Shown here: one piece after another, positions 11,044 through 22,322 of the stretch
Numbering within the stretch: the first letter of the stretch is position 1
How the letters are laid out: every line of letters begins with the position of its first letter
Source: Microcoleaceae cyanobacterium
Lineage (GTDB): Bacteria > Cyanobacteriota > Cyanobacteriia > Cyanobacteriales > Microcoleaceae
Direction: 5' to 3'
Length of the DNA stretch: 64,000 bases
Assembly: GCA_051652765.1 (NCBI GenBank)
Contig: JBOFUV010000148.1
Span: 49,341-113,340, forward strand
Position numbers and translations under genes: made by a program
Notes under the pieces: model-generated
Databases searched by the model: none
The model's input: the letters and a program-made list of their open reading frames with translations, nothing else
Told to the model about the DNA's origin: nothing

Positions 11044-11412
11044 TTAAGTAATGAGGGAGGCTAAGGGATCAGGAATAGTTGGCGAAGGTGCTTGAAACTC
11101 CCCAGTCAGGACGAACTCCATCCGCAACTTGAGCCAGGTAATAAATTGCTCATTGGTGGAAATGACTGCTGCTGCAGGGTGGGGACATTTGGCCTTGATC
11201 TCAGCCATTTCTGGAGCATTCAAAAACGCAGGCTGAACAACCCGCCAAAAGTCAATTTCCTTTTCCTGTTCTCGATAATTCCGGGTTCGTTCTTGCAACA
11301 CTTCGTCCAAAGGTTCTTCTTCCATCAAAAACTTTTGACTGGCGACTAGAAAGTAGTAAGTTTGCTTTGTTTTTGGATTAGCTGTCTCAGTTTCGTCTTT
11401 GTTACTTGTCAT
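11044..11412 (-). CDS. ycf54: MgPME cyclase complex protein Ycf54
   Basis: YYFLVASQKFL-EEPLDEVLQER...DFW...FITWLKLR. Confidence 0.9.
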   Translation of the reverse strand: MTSNKDETETANPKTKQTYYFLVASQKFLMEEEPLDEVLQERTRNYREQEKEIDFWRVVQPAFLNAPEMAEIKAKCPHPAAAVISTNEQFITWLKLRMEFVLTGEFQAPSPTIPDPLASLIT

Positions 11413-11457
11413 AGTTGTTGATTGTTCGTAATTTCAAGATCAGATTCAACGTTAAGA

Positions 11458-12174
11458 CTAATGTCCGGCAATTGCCTGTTTCATGTCTCGAACAGCCCGC
11501 TCGAATCCGACCAGCACCGCTCGACTGACTATTGTATGACCAATGTTGAGTTCTTCCATGCCCTCAATACAAGCAACAGGATAAACATTCCAATAGGTTA
11601 ACCCATGACCTGCATTCACACGCAATCCAGCATCCCGTGCCCGTCTTGCACCGGCAACTAAAATGGCTAATTCCTTTTCCTGCCTTGTGCCTTTGGCTTC
11701 AGCGTAGCATCCGGTATGCAGTTCGATCAGTTTGGCTTGGGTTTGGGCAGAAGCTTCGATTTGACTGGGATTGGCATCAATGAATAAGCTAACTGGAACA
11801 CCGGATTCTTGCAAAGTGGTAACAATTTGGGTCATCCGCTCCACTTGACCTGCAATATTAAGTCCCCCTTCCGTTGTGACTTCTTCCCGCCGTTCAGGCA
11901 CCAGAGTAATGTAATCTGGCTTGATTGCAAGGGCGATCGCCACCATCTCATCGGTTGGAGCCATTTCCAAGTTCAGATGGGTTCTGACCGTTTCTCGCAA
12001 CAGTCGCACATCCCGTTCCTGAACATGTCGCCGATCTTCCCGCAAATGTACTGTAATGCCATCCGCTCCAGCCAATTCTGCCAGAACTGCTGCCGCAACG
12101 GGATCAGGTTCCACCGTTCGACGGGCCTGCCGAATGGTGGCAACGTGGTCAATATTGACACCCAAAGTCGCCAA
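11458..12174 (-). CDS. pdxJ: Pyridoxine 5-phosphate synthase
   Basis: [33 protein letters not shown] start at 12174 after AGGAGG. Confidence 0.95.
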   Translation of the reverse strand: MATLGVNIDHVATIRQARRTVEPDPVAAAVLAELAGADGITVHLREDRRHVQERDVRLLRETVRTHLNLEMAPTDEMVAIALAIKPDYITLVPERREEVTTEGGLNIAGQVERMTQIVTTLQESGVPVSLFIDANPSQIEASAQTQAKLIELHTGCYAEAKGTRQEKELAILVAGARRARDAGLRVNAGHGLTYWNVYPVACIEGMEELNIGHTIVSRAVLVGFERAVRDMKQAIAGH

Positions 12175-12279
12175 TTTTTGTCCCTCCTTAAAGGCTGATA
12201 TTTTCAAACGTTAAATTTGCCCGCAATGCCAAAATCGTTAATTAAGATTACAGTTGATCAAGATTATCGTTAGTCAAGA

Positions 12280-13998
12280 TTATAAAGTGACTCGACCCCG
12301 CAGTGCTTCAATCAGTTTTGGCCCAACTCCTGGAACTCGCTCCAAATCTTCCAAAGACGTGAAGGGCTGTTGTTGACGGGTTTGAATCATCTGTTGAGCT
12401 AACTTTGGCCCAACACCGGGTAGCGTTTCCAACTCTGCCTGAGTAGCTTTGTTGAGATTGATTTTGAGGGTAGAACTGATTGGGTTTGGATTGCTTTGAA
12501 TGGGTGCAGGAGGAGTAATAACTTGATCGCCACAGCGTTGTAACTCTGTCCTTACTTTTTTCAGGATTCTCTCCGGAACGTCTAAAATTGCATTGCGATA
12601 CAACCGATCAAATTCCTGTGTGAAGTGGGCAGAAATCGTTGGGTTTTCTATCACTAGCAAGGTTTCATCATTCGTTGTGTTGGCCGCTTCCGTCCAATTA
12701 TGAGAGCCTGTCATGACGATTTCATCGTCTACAATGCCAAACTTATGATGGAGTTTATCTCCAGGGGGCAACGTGGGCACACCTATTGTTGTAATCGGTT
12801 GTTTCCAGGGACGATTTCCGGCTTCAAGTTTGCACTGATTGGGCAGAAAAATTCCCCGCATATCCAACACTTCACTATAGTCTCGATAGGCAAAATTTGG
12901 ATCAACTAATCCTCGAAGGTTAACCTTGGCTTGGGCGGCTTTTTCCAAAGTATCAACAATATTTTGAGCTGAAAATACAAACAAGGCAAAGTCAATCGAA
13001 CGTTCAGCTCCGGCCAACCCTGTGTTGATTAAGGCATTGGAACTGCTTGACCAAGGCTGAGTTTTGGCAGTGGGGGAAAACTGCACCGCAATCGGGGTTG
13101 TCCCGACCTGAACCCGTTGAACCCCGCGATGGGGTTTTTGAGTGCCAAATAGACTGTTGGCCTGACCCCCTGGCCCATCTCCCCACATCAGGTTAAATTC
13201 TTGGGTCAATAGGGCAGCGAGTTGGGAGCCTTCTAGCTTCACGAGATTGTTGGCATTGCCCCGACTTTCGGGGTTGGAAAAATCACCATGAACATCACTA
13301 GTTGTGAAGTTTGCTGAGGTCACAATCACGGTTTTGCCATCCACAACCACGAATTTATGATGCATTAAGCCTGACCCCCTTGAACCATCGGCGGTGTCGT
13401 TGATCCAGGGAATTCCGGCATTAAAAATCATCACCAGCGCGTCTCGCTGGTTAATTTCTGCTGCACTCAGTTGACCATCTTGGTTAATATCTGCAAGTTT
13501 GAAAAATTCTTCGTAAGCTTGGCGATCGCGCTCTGGAAGTTTGGCTAGGGCATCAGCAGAGAAGCTACTCCAAGGACGACTATAAGTATGTTCTAGAATT
13601 AACCGTACCTTAACCCCAGCTTGGTGTTGCTGAACCATGGCGGCTGCAACTTTGGGCAACCGGAGTTCCTGAACGGCAATGTCAACCGTTGAACGGGCGC
13701 TCGTGATTGTGTCTGCGATCAGTTGCTCCAAGTCATCCCCTTGGCGAGTCTGCTGGCGATAGGGTTCGGTATAGGCTGAGGTTTTAGATTGATTGAAGTA
13801 AATTTGAATGCTGGGATCTTGAGGGAGTTTTTCTTGCAGTGGCTTGAGTGTTGTGATCTGGGGAATAGGAATGCTGCGCCGACAACCCTCAACCCCCAAA
13901 GTCAACAGGAGCAAGAGACTGAACCGACTTGCTAAGTTAAAAGTTCTGTTAAAAATTTTGTTAAAAGTTAAGTTAAAAGTTTTGTTAAGACCGATCAA
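12280..13998 (-). CDS. comA: Competence protein ComA/ComEA: two PLD-like HKD domains plus C-terminal HhH
   Basis: MHHKFVVVD and LHHKFGIVD motifs; C-terminal INLNKATQAELETLPGVGPKLA. Confidence 0.8.
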   Translation of the reverse strand: MIGLNKTFNLTFNKIFNRTFNLASRFSLLLLLTLGVEGCRRSIPIPQITTLKPLQEKLPQDPSIQIYFNQSKTSAYTEPYRQQTRQGDDLEQLIADTITSARSTVDIAVQELRLPKVAAAMVQQHQAGVKVRLILEHTYSRPWSSFSADALAKLPERDRQAYEEFFKLADINQDGQLSAAEINQRDALVMIFNAGIPWINDTADGSRGSGLMHHKFVVVDGKTVIVTSANFTTSDVHGDFSNPESRGNANNLVKLEGSQLAALLTQEFNLMWGDGPGGQANSLFGTQKPHRGVQRVQVGTTPIAVQFSPTAKTQPWSSSSNALINTGLAGAERSIDFALFVFSAQNIVDTLEKAAQAKVNLRGLVDPNFAYRDYSEVLDMRGIFLPNQCKLEAGNRPWKQPITTIGVPTLPPGDKLHHKFGIVDDEIVMTGSHNWTEAANTTNDETLLVIENPTISAHFTQEFDRLYRNAILDVPERILKKVRTELQRCGDQVITPPAPIQSNPNPISSTLKINLNKATQAELETLPGVGPKLAQQMIQTRQQQPFTSLEDLERVPGVGPKLIEALRGRVTL

Positions 13999-14173
13999 GG
14001 GGCTAAGGCATCCTTGGTCAAGGGACAGGGTGACACGGTAATCTATAAATAGAGCTTAACCTACACTGCCATTGATTGATCGTCTTGTAGTCCAAACAGA
14101 TTACAAAGCCATCAGTCCAAGGTGCCTGTAGAACCTGCTTACTCCTAGTGGTTTAGAGTCCTCACACTGTGTT

Positions 14174-14578
14174 ATGCCGAGAAGAAAAAGAACCTTTCCG
14201 TGCGGCCATAAAGGGTACGGTCAAGTCTGCCATCGGTGCATCCAAGTCCAGAGTCATGAACAACAGCAAGAGAGCTGGGTTGTGATTGACAAACAGGCCC
14301 AGAAGCGAGAGTGGGAGGCATCTTTTGACCAGGACATTATCGATCTCAAGGGACTCCCAGATTATGTTGTCGTTAAAGCCCGAACTATTATTGCCGGGTT
14401 AAACTCTCAAGATAAAAGTTATCGAGATTTTGGGGGGAAGCGCTTACGACACAATCGGTTTATTATTAGCATTCCAGTTACTCGCAACTATCGAATGCTG
14501 TGTGAAGATAGTGGCAGCTTTCTAGTTCCGCAAAAGGTGCTTTCCCATGAAGACTATAATGTCTGCAAGCCAGGGTAG
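14174..14578 (+). CDS. Hypothetical protein with N-terminal Cys/His motif
   Basis: 134 aa ATG ORF; CGHKGYGQVCHRC; C-terminal SHEDYN. Confidence 0.7.
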   Translation: MPRRKRTFPCGHKGYGQVCHRCIQVQSHEQQQESWVVIDKQAQKREWEASFDQDIIDLKGLPDYVVVKARTIIAGLNSQDKSYRDFGGKRLRHNRFIISIPVTRNYRMLCEDSGSFLVPQKVLSHEDYNVCKPG

Positions 14579-14629
14579 TTATACTTAGCGGGCAATACTC
14601 AATCGACTTTTGTAGCGCTTTGCGTTTCT

Positions 14630-15802
14630 ATGCAAATTTACCTTGATTACAGTGCTACCACTCCTCCACGATCAGAGGCGATCGCAGTCATGCAAGCAGC
14701 CCTGTCCAACCATTGGGGCAATCCCTCTAGTTTGCATGAGTGGGGCCAGCGGGCAGCAACGGTGTTGGAGCAGGCTAGGATGCAGGTTGCTGCTCTGATT
14801 CATGCTGATCCTGACTCCATTCTCTTCACTTCAGGGGGAACTGAAGCCAATAATCTGGCAATTCTGGGAGTTGCCAAAGGTTATGACACGCCCCAACATT
14901 TAATCATCTCCAGCCTGGAACATTCAGCAGTCAATGAACCTGCCCGTTTTTTGGAACAACAAGGCTGGCAAGTGACTCGATTGCCTGTGGATCGGCAGGG
15001 TCGCATCCATCCCCTCGATTTACAAGCTGCGATCCAGCCGAATACAGCTCTGATTTCAGTAATTTATGGTCAGAGTGAAGTAGGAACCTTGCAACCGATT
15101 GAAGCTCTGGGCTCCATCGCCCAGACTCAGGGAATTCTATTTCATACAGATGCAGTCCAAGTCGCTGGACGATTGCCGATTGATCTCCGGTGCTTGCCGG
15201 TGGATTTACTCTCCCTGTCTAGTCATAAGATCTATGGGCCGCAGGGTTCAGGGGCCTTGTATGTACGTCCGGGTGTCAAACTTGTTCCAATTTTGGGGGG
15301 CGGGGGCCAAGAGATGAATCTCCGGTCTGGAACTCAGGCCGTTCCTCTGATCGCAGGCTTTGGGATGGCGGCGGAGTTGGCAGCCCAAGAACTGACAGCG
15401 GAAATGCCCCGGCTAGCGCAGTTGCGCGATCGCTTGTTTGAATTGCTATCTGATGTTTCTGAATTAGTGCCAACAGGAGATCGAATTCATCGGTTGCCCC
15501 ATCATGTCAGTTTTTGCTTTGTTCCTGCAGAGCGGATCACCCCGCCAATTACCGGAAAGACCTTAGTTCGTCAGTTAAACCTGGCTGGAATTGGGATTAG
15601 CGCAGGTTCAGCCTGTCACAGTGGCAAACTCAGTCCGAGTCCAGTTCTATTGGCCATGGGCTATGATGAAACCGTTGCTCTGGGTGGAATTCGCCTCACC
15701 TTGGGACGGGAAACAACGATGGTGGACATCGACTGGACAGCAATGGTACTAAAACAGATCTTGGAGCGATTGCGAGCAACGATGTCAGTGGTTCGGATCT
15801 AA
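14630..15802 (+). CDS. iscS: Cysteine desulfurase (IscS/NifS class I)
   Basis: IYLDYSATT, HTDAVQ, SSHKIYGP, SAGSAC. Confidence 0.9.
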   Translation: MQIYLDYSATTPPRSEAIAVMQAALSNHWGNPSSLHEWGQRAATVLEQARMQVAALIHADPDSILFTSGGTEANNLAILGVAKGYDTPQHLIISSLEHSAVNEPARFLEQQGWQVTRLPVDRQGRIHPLDLQAAIQPNTALISVIYGQSEVGTLQPIEALGSIAQTQGILFHTDAVQVAGRLPIDLRCLPVDLLSLSSHKIYGPQGSGALYVRPGVKLVPILGGGGQEMNLRSGTQAVPLIAGFGMAAELAAQELTAEMPRLAQLRDRLFELLSDVSELVPTGDRIHRLPHHVSFCFVPAERITPPITGKTLVRQLNLAGIGISAGSACHSGKLSPSPVLLAMGYDETVALGGIRLTLGRETTMVDIDWTAMVLKQILERLRATMSVVRI

Positions 15803-16031
15803 TGAACTCCCTAAATCTGTATAGAATGTTTTTTTGTCGTCTTTTTTGCGTTGCAAATTTTACATTGCAAACGAGCTGGCTAGGAATTCCTCTCTACTCA
15901 CAAAACCTGTTGGTCATCGTCTGACCCGCAAGGGCGTAGCAAACGGGATCTCTCACGAAACCCCTCAAACGACACAATGCCTGAACACAGGCAAAATGGT
16001 ATTAAGAAAACCTTAAGGAGACCTTACGATA

Positions 16032-17330
16032 ATGGTTGCAATGCCGTTAAAAACAACTCGTTCAGAAGAAATTTTCACCGCCGCTCAGAAACTGATGCCG
16101 GGAGGAGTTAGCTCTCCGGTCAGGGCCTTCAAATCCGTTGGGAGTCAACCGATTGTTTTTGATCGGGTCAAGGGTGCTTATATTTGGGATGTGGATGATA
16201 ACCAGTACATCGACTACGTTGGAACCTGGGGGCCTGCCATTTGTGGCCACGCTCATCCTGAGGTGCTAGCTGCTCTCCGAGATGCCTTGGACAAGGGCAC
16301 AAGTTTTGGCGCTCCCTGCCTCCTTGAAAATGTCTTGGCAGAGATGGTGATTGAGGCTGTTCCCAGCGTTGAAATGGTACGGTTTGTCAACTCTGGCACA
16401 GAAGCTTGTATGTCTGTTCTCAGGCTAATGCGGGCCTTTACAGGACGGGACAAGATTATTAAGTTTGAAGGCTGTTACCATGGCCATGCCGATATGTTTT
16501 TGGTCAAGGCTGGATCGGGGGTCGCAACCCTGGGTCTGCCGGACTCCCCCGGTGTTCCAAAGACGGTGACTGAACAGACCTTAACCGCTCCTTACAATGA
16601 TTTGGAAGCTGTTAAGGCGCTGTTTGCCGAAAATCCTAATGAAATTGCTGGAATCATTCTTGAGCCTGTTGTAGGCAATGCGGGTTTTATTGCTCCCGAT
16701 GCTGGATTTTTAGAAGGGTTGCGGCTCCTCTCCCAAGAAAACGGGGCGTTGTTGGTGTTTGATGAAGTCATGACCGGATTCCGCATTGCTTATGGGGGGG
16801 CTCAGGAAAAGTTTGGCGTGACCCCAGATTTAACTACCTTGGGCAAGATTATCGGCGGCGGTTTGCCTGTGGGCGCTTATGGTGGACGGCGAGACATTAT
16901 GGCTTGGGTTGCACCCTCTGGCCCTATGTACCAAGCGGGAACCCTCTCCGGGAATCCTTTAGCGATGACCGCTGGCATTAAAACCCTGGAGTTGTTGCAA
17001 AAGCCTGGAACCTATGAATATCTCAACCAAGTGACCCAAAAACTGGCAGAGGGGATGAGGCAAATTGCTCAGGAAACAGGTCATGCTGCTTGTGGCGGTC
17101 AGATTAGTGGGATGTTCGGCTTCTTCTTTACCCAGGGGCCTGTTCACAACTATGAGGATGCTAAAAAGTCTGATTTAGCCAAGTTCAGCCGTTTTCATCG
17201 AGGGATGTTAGAGCAGGGAATTTACCTGGCTCCTTCTCAGTTTGAAGCTGGATTTACCTCCATTGCCCATACTGAAGCAGACATCGACAAAACCTTGACA
17301 GCGGCAAAAACTGTAATGACATCTCTGTAG
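16032..17330 (+). CDS. hemL: Glutamate-1-semialdehyde 2,1-aminomutase
   Basis: [31 protein letters not shown]. Confidence 0.97.
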   Translation: MVAMPLKTTRSEEIFTAAQKLMPGGVSSPVRAFKSVGSQPIVFDRVKGAYIWDVDDNQYIDYVGTWGPAICGHAHPEVLAALRDALDKGTSFGAPCLLENVLAEMVIEAVPSVEMVRFVNSGTEACMSVLRLMRAFTGRDKIIKFEGCYHGHADMFLVKAGSGVATLGLPDSPGVPKTVTEQTLTAPYNDLEAVKALFAENPNEIAGIILEPVVGNAGFIAPDAGFLEGLRLLSQENGALLVFDEVMTGFRIAYGGAQEKFGVTPDLTTLGKIIGGGLPVGAYGGRRDIMAWVAPSGPMYQAGTLSGNPLAMTAGIKTLELLQKPGTYEYLNQVTQKLAEGMRQIAQETGHAACGGQISGMFGFFFTQGPVHNYEDAKKSDLAKFSRFHRGMLEQGIYLAPSQFEAGFTSIAHTEADIDKTLTAAKTVMTSL

Positions 17331-17410
17331 TTTTTATCCTTGAAGTGTCCCGTTCCAATCCCATAAATTAGCTTTCTTGGCTTGGTCAGAACTTCCGCAA
17401 ATGGGTTTCG

Positions 17411-17436
17411 CCCCCCTCGCCCCAACTTGGGGGGAA
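17411..17436. repeat. SDR-like GC-rich hairpin downstream of hemL
   Basis: cccccctcgccccaacttggggggaa. Confidence 0.4.
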
Positions 17437-17717
17437 CACGATTCCAAGAACTGCGTAACTCCTCTGAGACGATTCCCAGGGGTAGCCAAATCTATTGTGC
17501 TGCCCGAAGATGTTATTCTCAGCAAACTGCAGTGAGGCGGCGTAGTCAATCCGAGAAATCATAATAAAATAGTGAGATGCAATTATAAAGTGTTGAAAAC
17601 TCAGGGAGATGTCCTTAAATTTCGTTATCTTAACGTTTGGACTGAAGCGTTAGGACTAAGCGATGATCTAGATCGAGCCTTGTTCGAAGCCGGATCTTGG
17701 TAAAGGAGAACAGAATT

Positions 17718-18419
17718 ATGTGGAAATTTGTGTCCAAATTACTCTCAGGTGAATCCTCTCGTTCATCTCCGCAAACTCAGTCTGAACCTACAATGAATCC
17801 CTTGAGTGATGCCGGATATGAAGCCCTATTTTTACGATTAATGGAGGGGATAGGTCAAGGTTGGAAGCAGGATCAAGTGATTGAACTCCTGGGGAAACGT
17901 CAGGGCGATCGCTTCTTTTTTTCCTGGCTCAAACGGTTTGGTCAAAAACTACTGGACTCTCCCCTCCCCCAAGCTGAACGGGCAGAACAGATGATCGGAT
18001 TAGCAGCATTGAGCTGTGGTGAGATCAGTGAAATTGCAGGGGTTTATGGTCAGCAACTAAAACAAAAAAAGGTTAGACTGCTAACAGAGGAAGAGTCAAA
18101 AATTGTCTTTCAACAGTTACTTCAAGGGGTTAATACGGGATGGGATAGCTCAAAAATTGAACAATTTTTTCAAGATTTAGGAGAATCAGGTAAGCCGGAG
18201 TTTTGGTTGGATTGGTTGCAGCAATTACAGGAAAAAGAATTCAGTTCTCCAACTCCGAGCTATGATCTTTCCCCCTCACTAAAGCTACTGGGCGAACAGA
18301 TCTCTCCTCTTCCTGAATGGCAAGAATTTGGCATCTTTTCAACTCGGTTTGGTCAGGTGTTGTGCCAAAAACAGGATGAAGAGTCTATCTGGGAATATGA
18401 TGGCTTTGATGTTCCTTAA
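17718..18419 (+). CDS. Hypothetical protein with internally duplicated helical domain
   Basis: AAGGAG RBS + ATG 17718; two similar units LSDAGYEALFLRLMEGIGQGW...WL and LTEEESKIVFQQLLQGVNTGW...WL. Confidence 0.7.
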   Translation: MWKFVSKLLSGESSRSSPQTQSEPTMNPLSDAGYEALFLRLMEGIGQGWKQDQVIELLGKRQGDRFFFSWLKRFGQKLLDSPLPQAERAEQMIGLAALSCGEISEIAGVYGQQLKQKKVRLLTEEESKIVFQQLLQGVNTGWDSSKIEQFFQDLGESGKPEFWLDWLQQLQEKEFSSPTPSYDLSPSLKLLGEQISPLPEWQEFGIFSTRFGQVLCQKQDEESIWEYDGFDVP

Positions 18420-18777
18420 ATTTTTCTTGAACTCTAGTAATTTGAGTGATGCTGAGTGAGTAATCACTAAACCCCATCCCCAGGGAGCTAAATTTCAAAT
18501 CCCCAAAGTTGTTGAAGCGACTGTTGAGCTGATGAGCTTCATTCCTAACTCTCCCTTTAGCCCTCTCACGACTGACTTAGAATTGCTCCAGGAACTCTGA
18601 AAGCGGTTCCGTTAAAAATTGTCCTATCCTGAGAATACAAAGCTAGGGTTAAAATAAGCACATCTATACTTGTAGTGTGAGAACTGGCTCTAGATCCTGA
18701 GACGTTAGAGTCTTGCTCTGGAAATTTCTCGCTTTTCCCTAAGAACTTTTACCTATTAGAGATTTTAACCTCCAGCT

Positions 18778-20802
18778 ATGACAGATTCATCTCAGCGAAG
18801 AACTGCCCTCGTGGCTCAAAGCACTACACCGTTCTGTAATCAGCTCATCCAAGCTGGTTATATTAGCCCCGAGCAACTTCAGCAAGCACTCAATGCCCGT
18901 AAATCAGGGACATCCCTCACGGAAGCGTTGGAATCAATGACCGGAAAGCCTCTTCCCCCAGAGCTAGCCCGCCAGTATAAAAAACAGCAGCTATTTGAAC
19001 AAAAAATTGTCTACGGAGTTGAAGCGTTTGACCTAGAGATTGACCATATTTCAGTTGGAGATTTGGATCAAATGCTCAAAACTCTGGAAACCTCCGTTGA
19101 AACCTGTAAGCGTCATCGATTTGTTCCGCTCCAAAAAGTTGACAGCAATGGGATTCTAACCGTTTTGATCGCGATGGTAAATCCAGATAACCTAAATGCT
19201 CTGGATGAACTCAAGAACCAAATTTTGCGACCCAAAGGTTGGTCACTCCAGCGCCGGGTCATCACCCAGGAAGACTACGACAAATTAATCTCAGCCTACA
19301 GCGACGAAGATGTAAAACGCAAACAAGCGGAAGCATCTCGTCGGGAACAGGAAAAACTCCAATTTGGGGTCAGTGACTTTGAGGCGGCTGAACTTGAAAG
19401 CATTGATGAGTCTGGGGGGCTTGACCTGGCAGATGCCATTGATGAGGCAGAAGCTGCACCTGTGATTAAGGCCGTCAATATTATTTTGGCCAAAGCTTTA
19501 TCCGAAGGGGTTTCAGATATTCACGTTGAACCTCAAGAGCATGAAATGCGAATCCGAATGCGAAAAGATGGGGTGCTACAAGAGTATTTTAAGTTCCCCA
19601 AAAACGTTATCCCAGCCATTACATCCCGCTTCAAAATTCTGGCAAGCCTAGATATTGCCGAACGTCGTCAAGCTCAGGATGGTCGGATTCGGCAACGGTT
19701 CAAGGGTAGGGTCGTAGATTTTCGGGTCAATAGTCTCCCCAGTCGCTATGGAGAAAAGATAGTTCTGCGGATTCTGGATAGTTCCGCCACTCAACTGGGC
19801 TTGGACATTTTGATTACTGATCCAGAGACTTTGGCTCTGGTGCGAGAAGCGGCGGGTCGTCCCTTTGGTTTGATCTTAGTCACAGGGCCAACGGGTTCAG
19901 GCAAGTCTACGTCCCTATACTCGATTCTGTCAGAACGTAACGATCCGGGAGTGAATATCAGCACTGCCGAAGATCCAATTGAATACGCTCTGCCCGGAAT
20001 TACCCAATGTCAAGTGATTCGGGAAAAAAACTTGACCTTTTCAACGATTCTGCGGGCCTTCCTGCGCCAAGATCCAGATGTTCTTCTGGTGGGAGAAACA
20101 CGGGACTTAGAGACTGCCAAGACTGCACTTGAAGCCGCCCTGACAGGCCACTTGGTTCTAACAACTCTCCATACAAACGATGCGGCAGGAGCGATCGCTC
20201 GTCTAGATGAAATGGGGGTTGAACCCTTCATGATTTCAGCCGCATTATTGGGAATTCTCGCCCAGCGTTTGATGCGACGGGTTTGTACTGAATGTCGGAT
20301 TCCTTATATTCCGACTCCAGAAGAATTGTCCCGCTATGGACTCTTCGAGCGCCAAGAGGAAGCCTCCACCTTTTACCAGGCGAATATTGTTCCGATAGAT
20401 CACCGCAAAGAGCTGGCTGACCGGGGAGAACTCTGCAAGAAGTGTGGAGGATTAGGTTACAAAGGCCGGATCGGGGTCTATGAGTTCCTCAAAGTCACCG
20501 AGCGAATGCAGGGCTTAATTACTCAGGGTGCTCCCACAGAGCAAATCAAAGAAGCTGCTGTCGAAGAAGGAATGCAAACTTTACTATCTTACAGTTTGCA
20601 ATTGGTGCGAGATGGGCATAGTACCTTTGAGGAAGTGGATCGGGTTACGTTCACCGATTCTGGTCTAGAAGCCGAGATGAAACGATTGGCCAAGCAAAAT
20701 CTAACCTGCAAGGGCTGCAACGCTCAACTGAAACCAGAATGGCGGGATTGTCCTTACTGTTTGACCCCTCGCTTTACCGAATATGCCATGGAGGCTCATT
20801 AG
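18778..20802 (+). CDS. pilB: Type IV pilus extension ATPase PilB
   Basis: Walker A GPTGSGKS, LRQDPD, C-terminal CxxC...CPYC typical of cyanobacterial PilB1. Confidence 0.93.
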   Translation: MTDSSQRRTALVAQSTTPFCNQLIQAGYISPEQLQQALNARKSGTSLTEALESMTGKPLPPELARQYKKQQLFEQKIVYGVEAFDLEIDHISVGDLDQMLKTLETSVETCKRHRFVPLQKVDSNGILTVLIAMVNPDNLNALDELKNQILRPKGWSLQRRVITQEDYDKLISAYSDEDVKRKQAEASRREQEKLQFGVSDFEAAELESIDESGGLDLADAIDEAEAAPVIKAVNIILAKALSEGVSDIHVEPQEHEMRIRMRKDGVLQEYFKFPKNVIPAITSRFKILASLDIAERRQAQDGRIRQRFKGRVVDFRVNSLPSRYGEKIVLRILDSSATQLGLDILITDPETLALVREAAGRPFGLILVTGPTGSGKSTSLYSILSERNDPGVNISTAEDPIEYALPGITQCQVIREKNLTFSTILRAFLRQDPDVLLVGETRDLETAKTALEAALTGHLVLTTLHTNDAAGAIARLDEMGVEPFMISAALLGILAQRLMRRVCTECRIPYIPTPEELSRYGLFERQEEASTFYQANIVPIDHRKELADRGELCKKCGGLGYKGRIGVYEFLKVTERMQGLITQGAPTEQIKEAAVEEGMQTLLSYSLQLVRDGHSTFEEVDRVTFTDSGLEAEMKRLAKQNLTCKGCNAQLKPEWRDCPYCLTPRFTEYAMEAH

Positions 20803-20931
20803 TCAGGATTAAGTTAGCTAAAATCAAGGGAACCTTAGTCTCAATGACTGAATAACCCGATTCCCTTTGAAACGGCGGTTCCTATAATCGCCTTGACTAG
20901 GGCCAATTTGGGCGGTTGATATTTGAACTGT

Positions 20932-20976
20932 GGTTTAGATTCGATTTAGATTTGATTTAGATTTGGTTTAGATTTG
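20932..20976. repeat. 11-bp tandem repeat x4 upstream of pilT RBS
   Basis: ggtttagattc gatttagattt gatttagattt ggtttagattt. Confidence 0.75.
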
Positions 20977-20989
20977 GAGGATTAAAACA

Positions 20990-22093
20990 ATGGCACTAAT
21001 GATCGAAGATGTCATGGAGTCCTTGATTGAACAAGGGGGCTCCGACATGCACATCCAAGCAGGGGCTCCGATTTTTTTTCGCATTAACGGAAAATTGACC
21101 ACTCAACCCCAGTTTGGGGAAATTTTTTCTCCAGAGGAAGTACAGGCCCTGATTTTTCAGATGCTGAATAATATGCAGCGGAAACAGCTAGAACAGGAAT
21201 GGGAACTTGACTGTGCTTACGGCGTGAAGGGGCTGGCTCGGTTTCGGGTGAACGTTTATCGGGAGCGGGGCTGTTGGGCAGCTTGCTTAAGAGCTTTGGC
21301 TTCCAAGATTCCCAATGCAGATAAGTTGGGAATCTTGCAAACCATTCGAGATATGACCGAACGCCCTAGAGGGCTGGTTCTCGTCACGGGCCAAACTGGA
21401 TCAGGAAAAACCACGACTCTGGCAGCATTGCTAGACTTGGTCAATCGCACCCGAGCTGAACACATTCTGACCGTTGAAGATCCGATTGAATACGTGTTCC
21501 CCAATATCAAAAGCTTGTTCCATCAACGGCAAAAAGGGGAAGACACCAAGAGCTTTGCCAATGCCTTGAGAGCTGCCCTGCGGGAAGATCCTGATATCAT
21601 TTTAGTTGGAGAGATGCGGGACTTAGAAACCATTGCACTTGCCATCTCTGCGGCAGAAACAGGTCACTTGGTCTTTGGCACCCTACACACCAACTCTGCT
21701 TCATCCACGGTTGACCGGATTCTAGATGTGTTTCCTCCCATTCAACAGCCCCAAATTCGGGCTCAGTTGTCTGGCTCCCTGGTTGGGGTGTGTAGCCAAA
21801 ACCTGGTTCAGACCATTGGCGGAGGCCGTTGTGCCGCCCAAGAAATTATGTTAAACACTCCGGCCATGGGTAACCTGATCCGAGAGGGCAAAACAGCTCA
21901 GATTTATTCCCAGATCCAGATGGGAGCAAAGTTGGGAATGCAGACAATGGAGATGTCCCTGGCTAAACTTTATCAAGAGGGAAAAGTCTCTTGGGAAGCA
22001 GCCATGAGCAAAACATCCAGGGCAGATGAACTGGAACGGCTAATTGGCCCTGCACCTAAGGGAACAAAAGTTTCCAAGGTGGCAGCTCACTAA
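20990..22093 (+). CDS. pilT: Type IV pilus retraction ATPase PilT
   Basis: GQTGSGKTTT, LREDPDIILVGEMRD, NLIREGK. Confidence 0.95.
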   Translation: MALMIEDVMESLIEQGGSDMHIQAGAPIFFRINGKLTTQPQFGEIFSPEEVQALIFQMLNNMQRKQLEQEWELDCAYGVKGLARFRVNVYRERGCWAACLRALASKIPNADKLGILQTIRDMTERPRGLVLVTGQTGSGKTTTLAALLDLVNRTRAEHILTVEDPIEYVFPNIKSLFHQRQKGEDTKSFANALRAALREDPDIILVGEMRDLETIALAISAAETGHLVFGTLHTNSASSTVDRILDVFPPIQQPQIRAQLSGSLVGVCSQNLVQTIGGGRCAAQEIMLNTPAMGNLIREGKTAQIYSQIQMGAKLGMQTMEMSLAKLYQEGKVSWEAAMSKTSRADELERLIGPAPKGTKVSKVAAH

Positions 22094-22322
22094 TTAAAGC
22101 TCACCTGTGAACACTCATCTGTGAACACTCATGAGTCAAAGTTCCCAATTAACCAGTCACTTGATGTGTAGGGGCGGGCATCTTGCTCGAGGTTGTGGGC
22201 AATCCCAATTGACTTGTGCTGAAAACCTACACTCAGGGACATTTAAGATTGCTGTTCCAAACTGAATTGTTATCGATTGAACGTTCGAATACTAACCTCA
22301 ACATTGATCTAAGGGTGAAACC

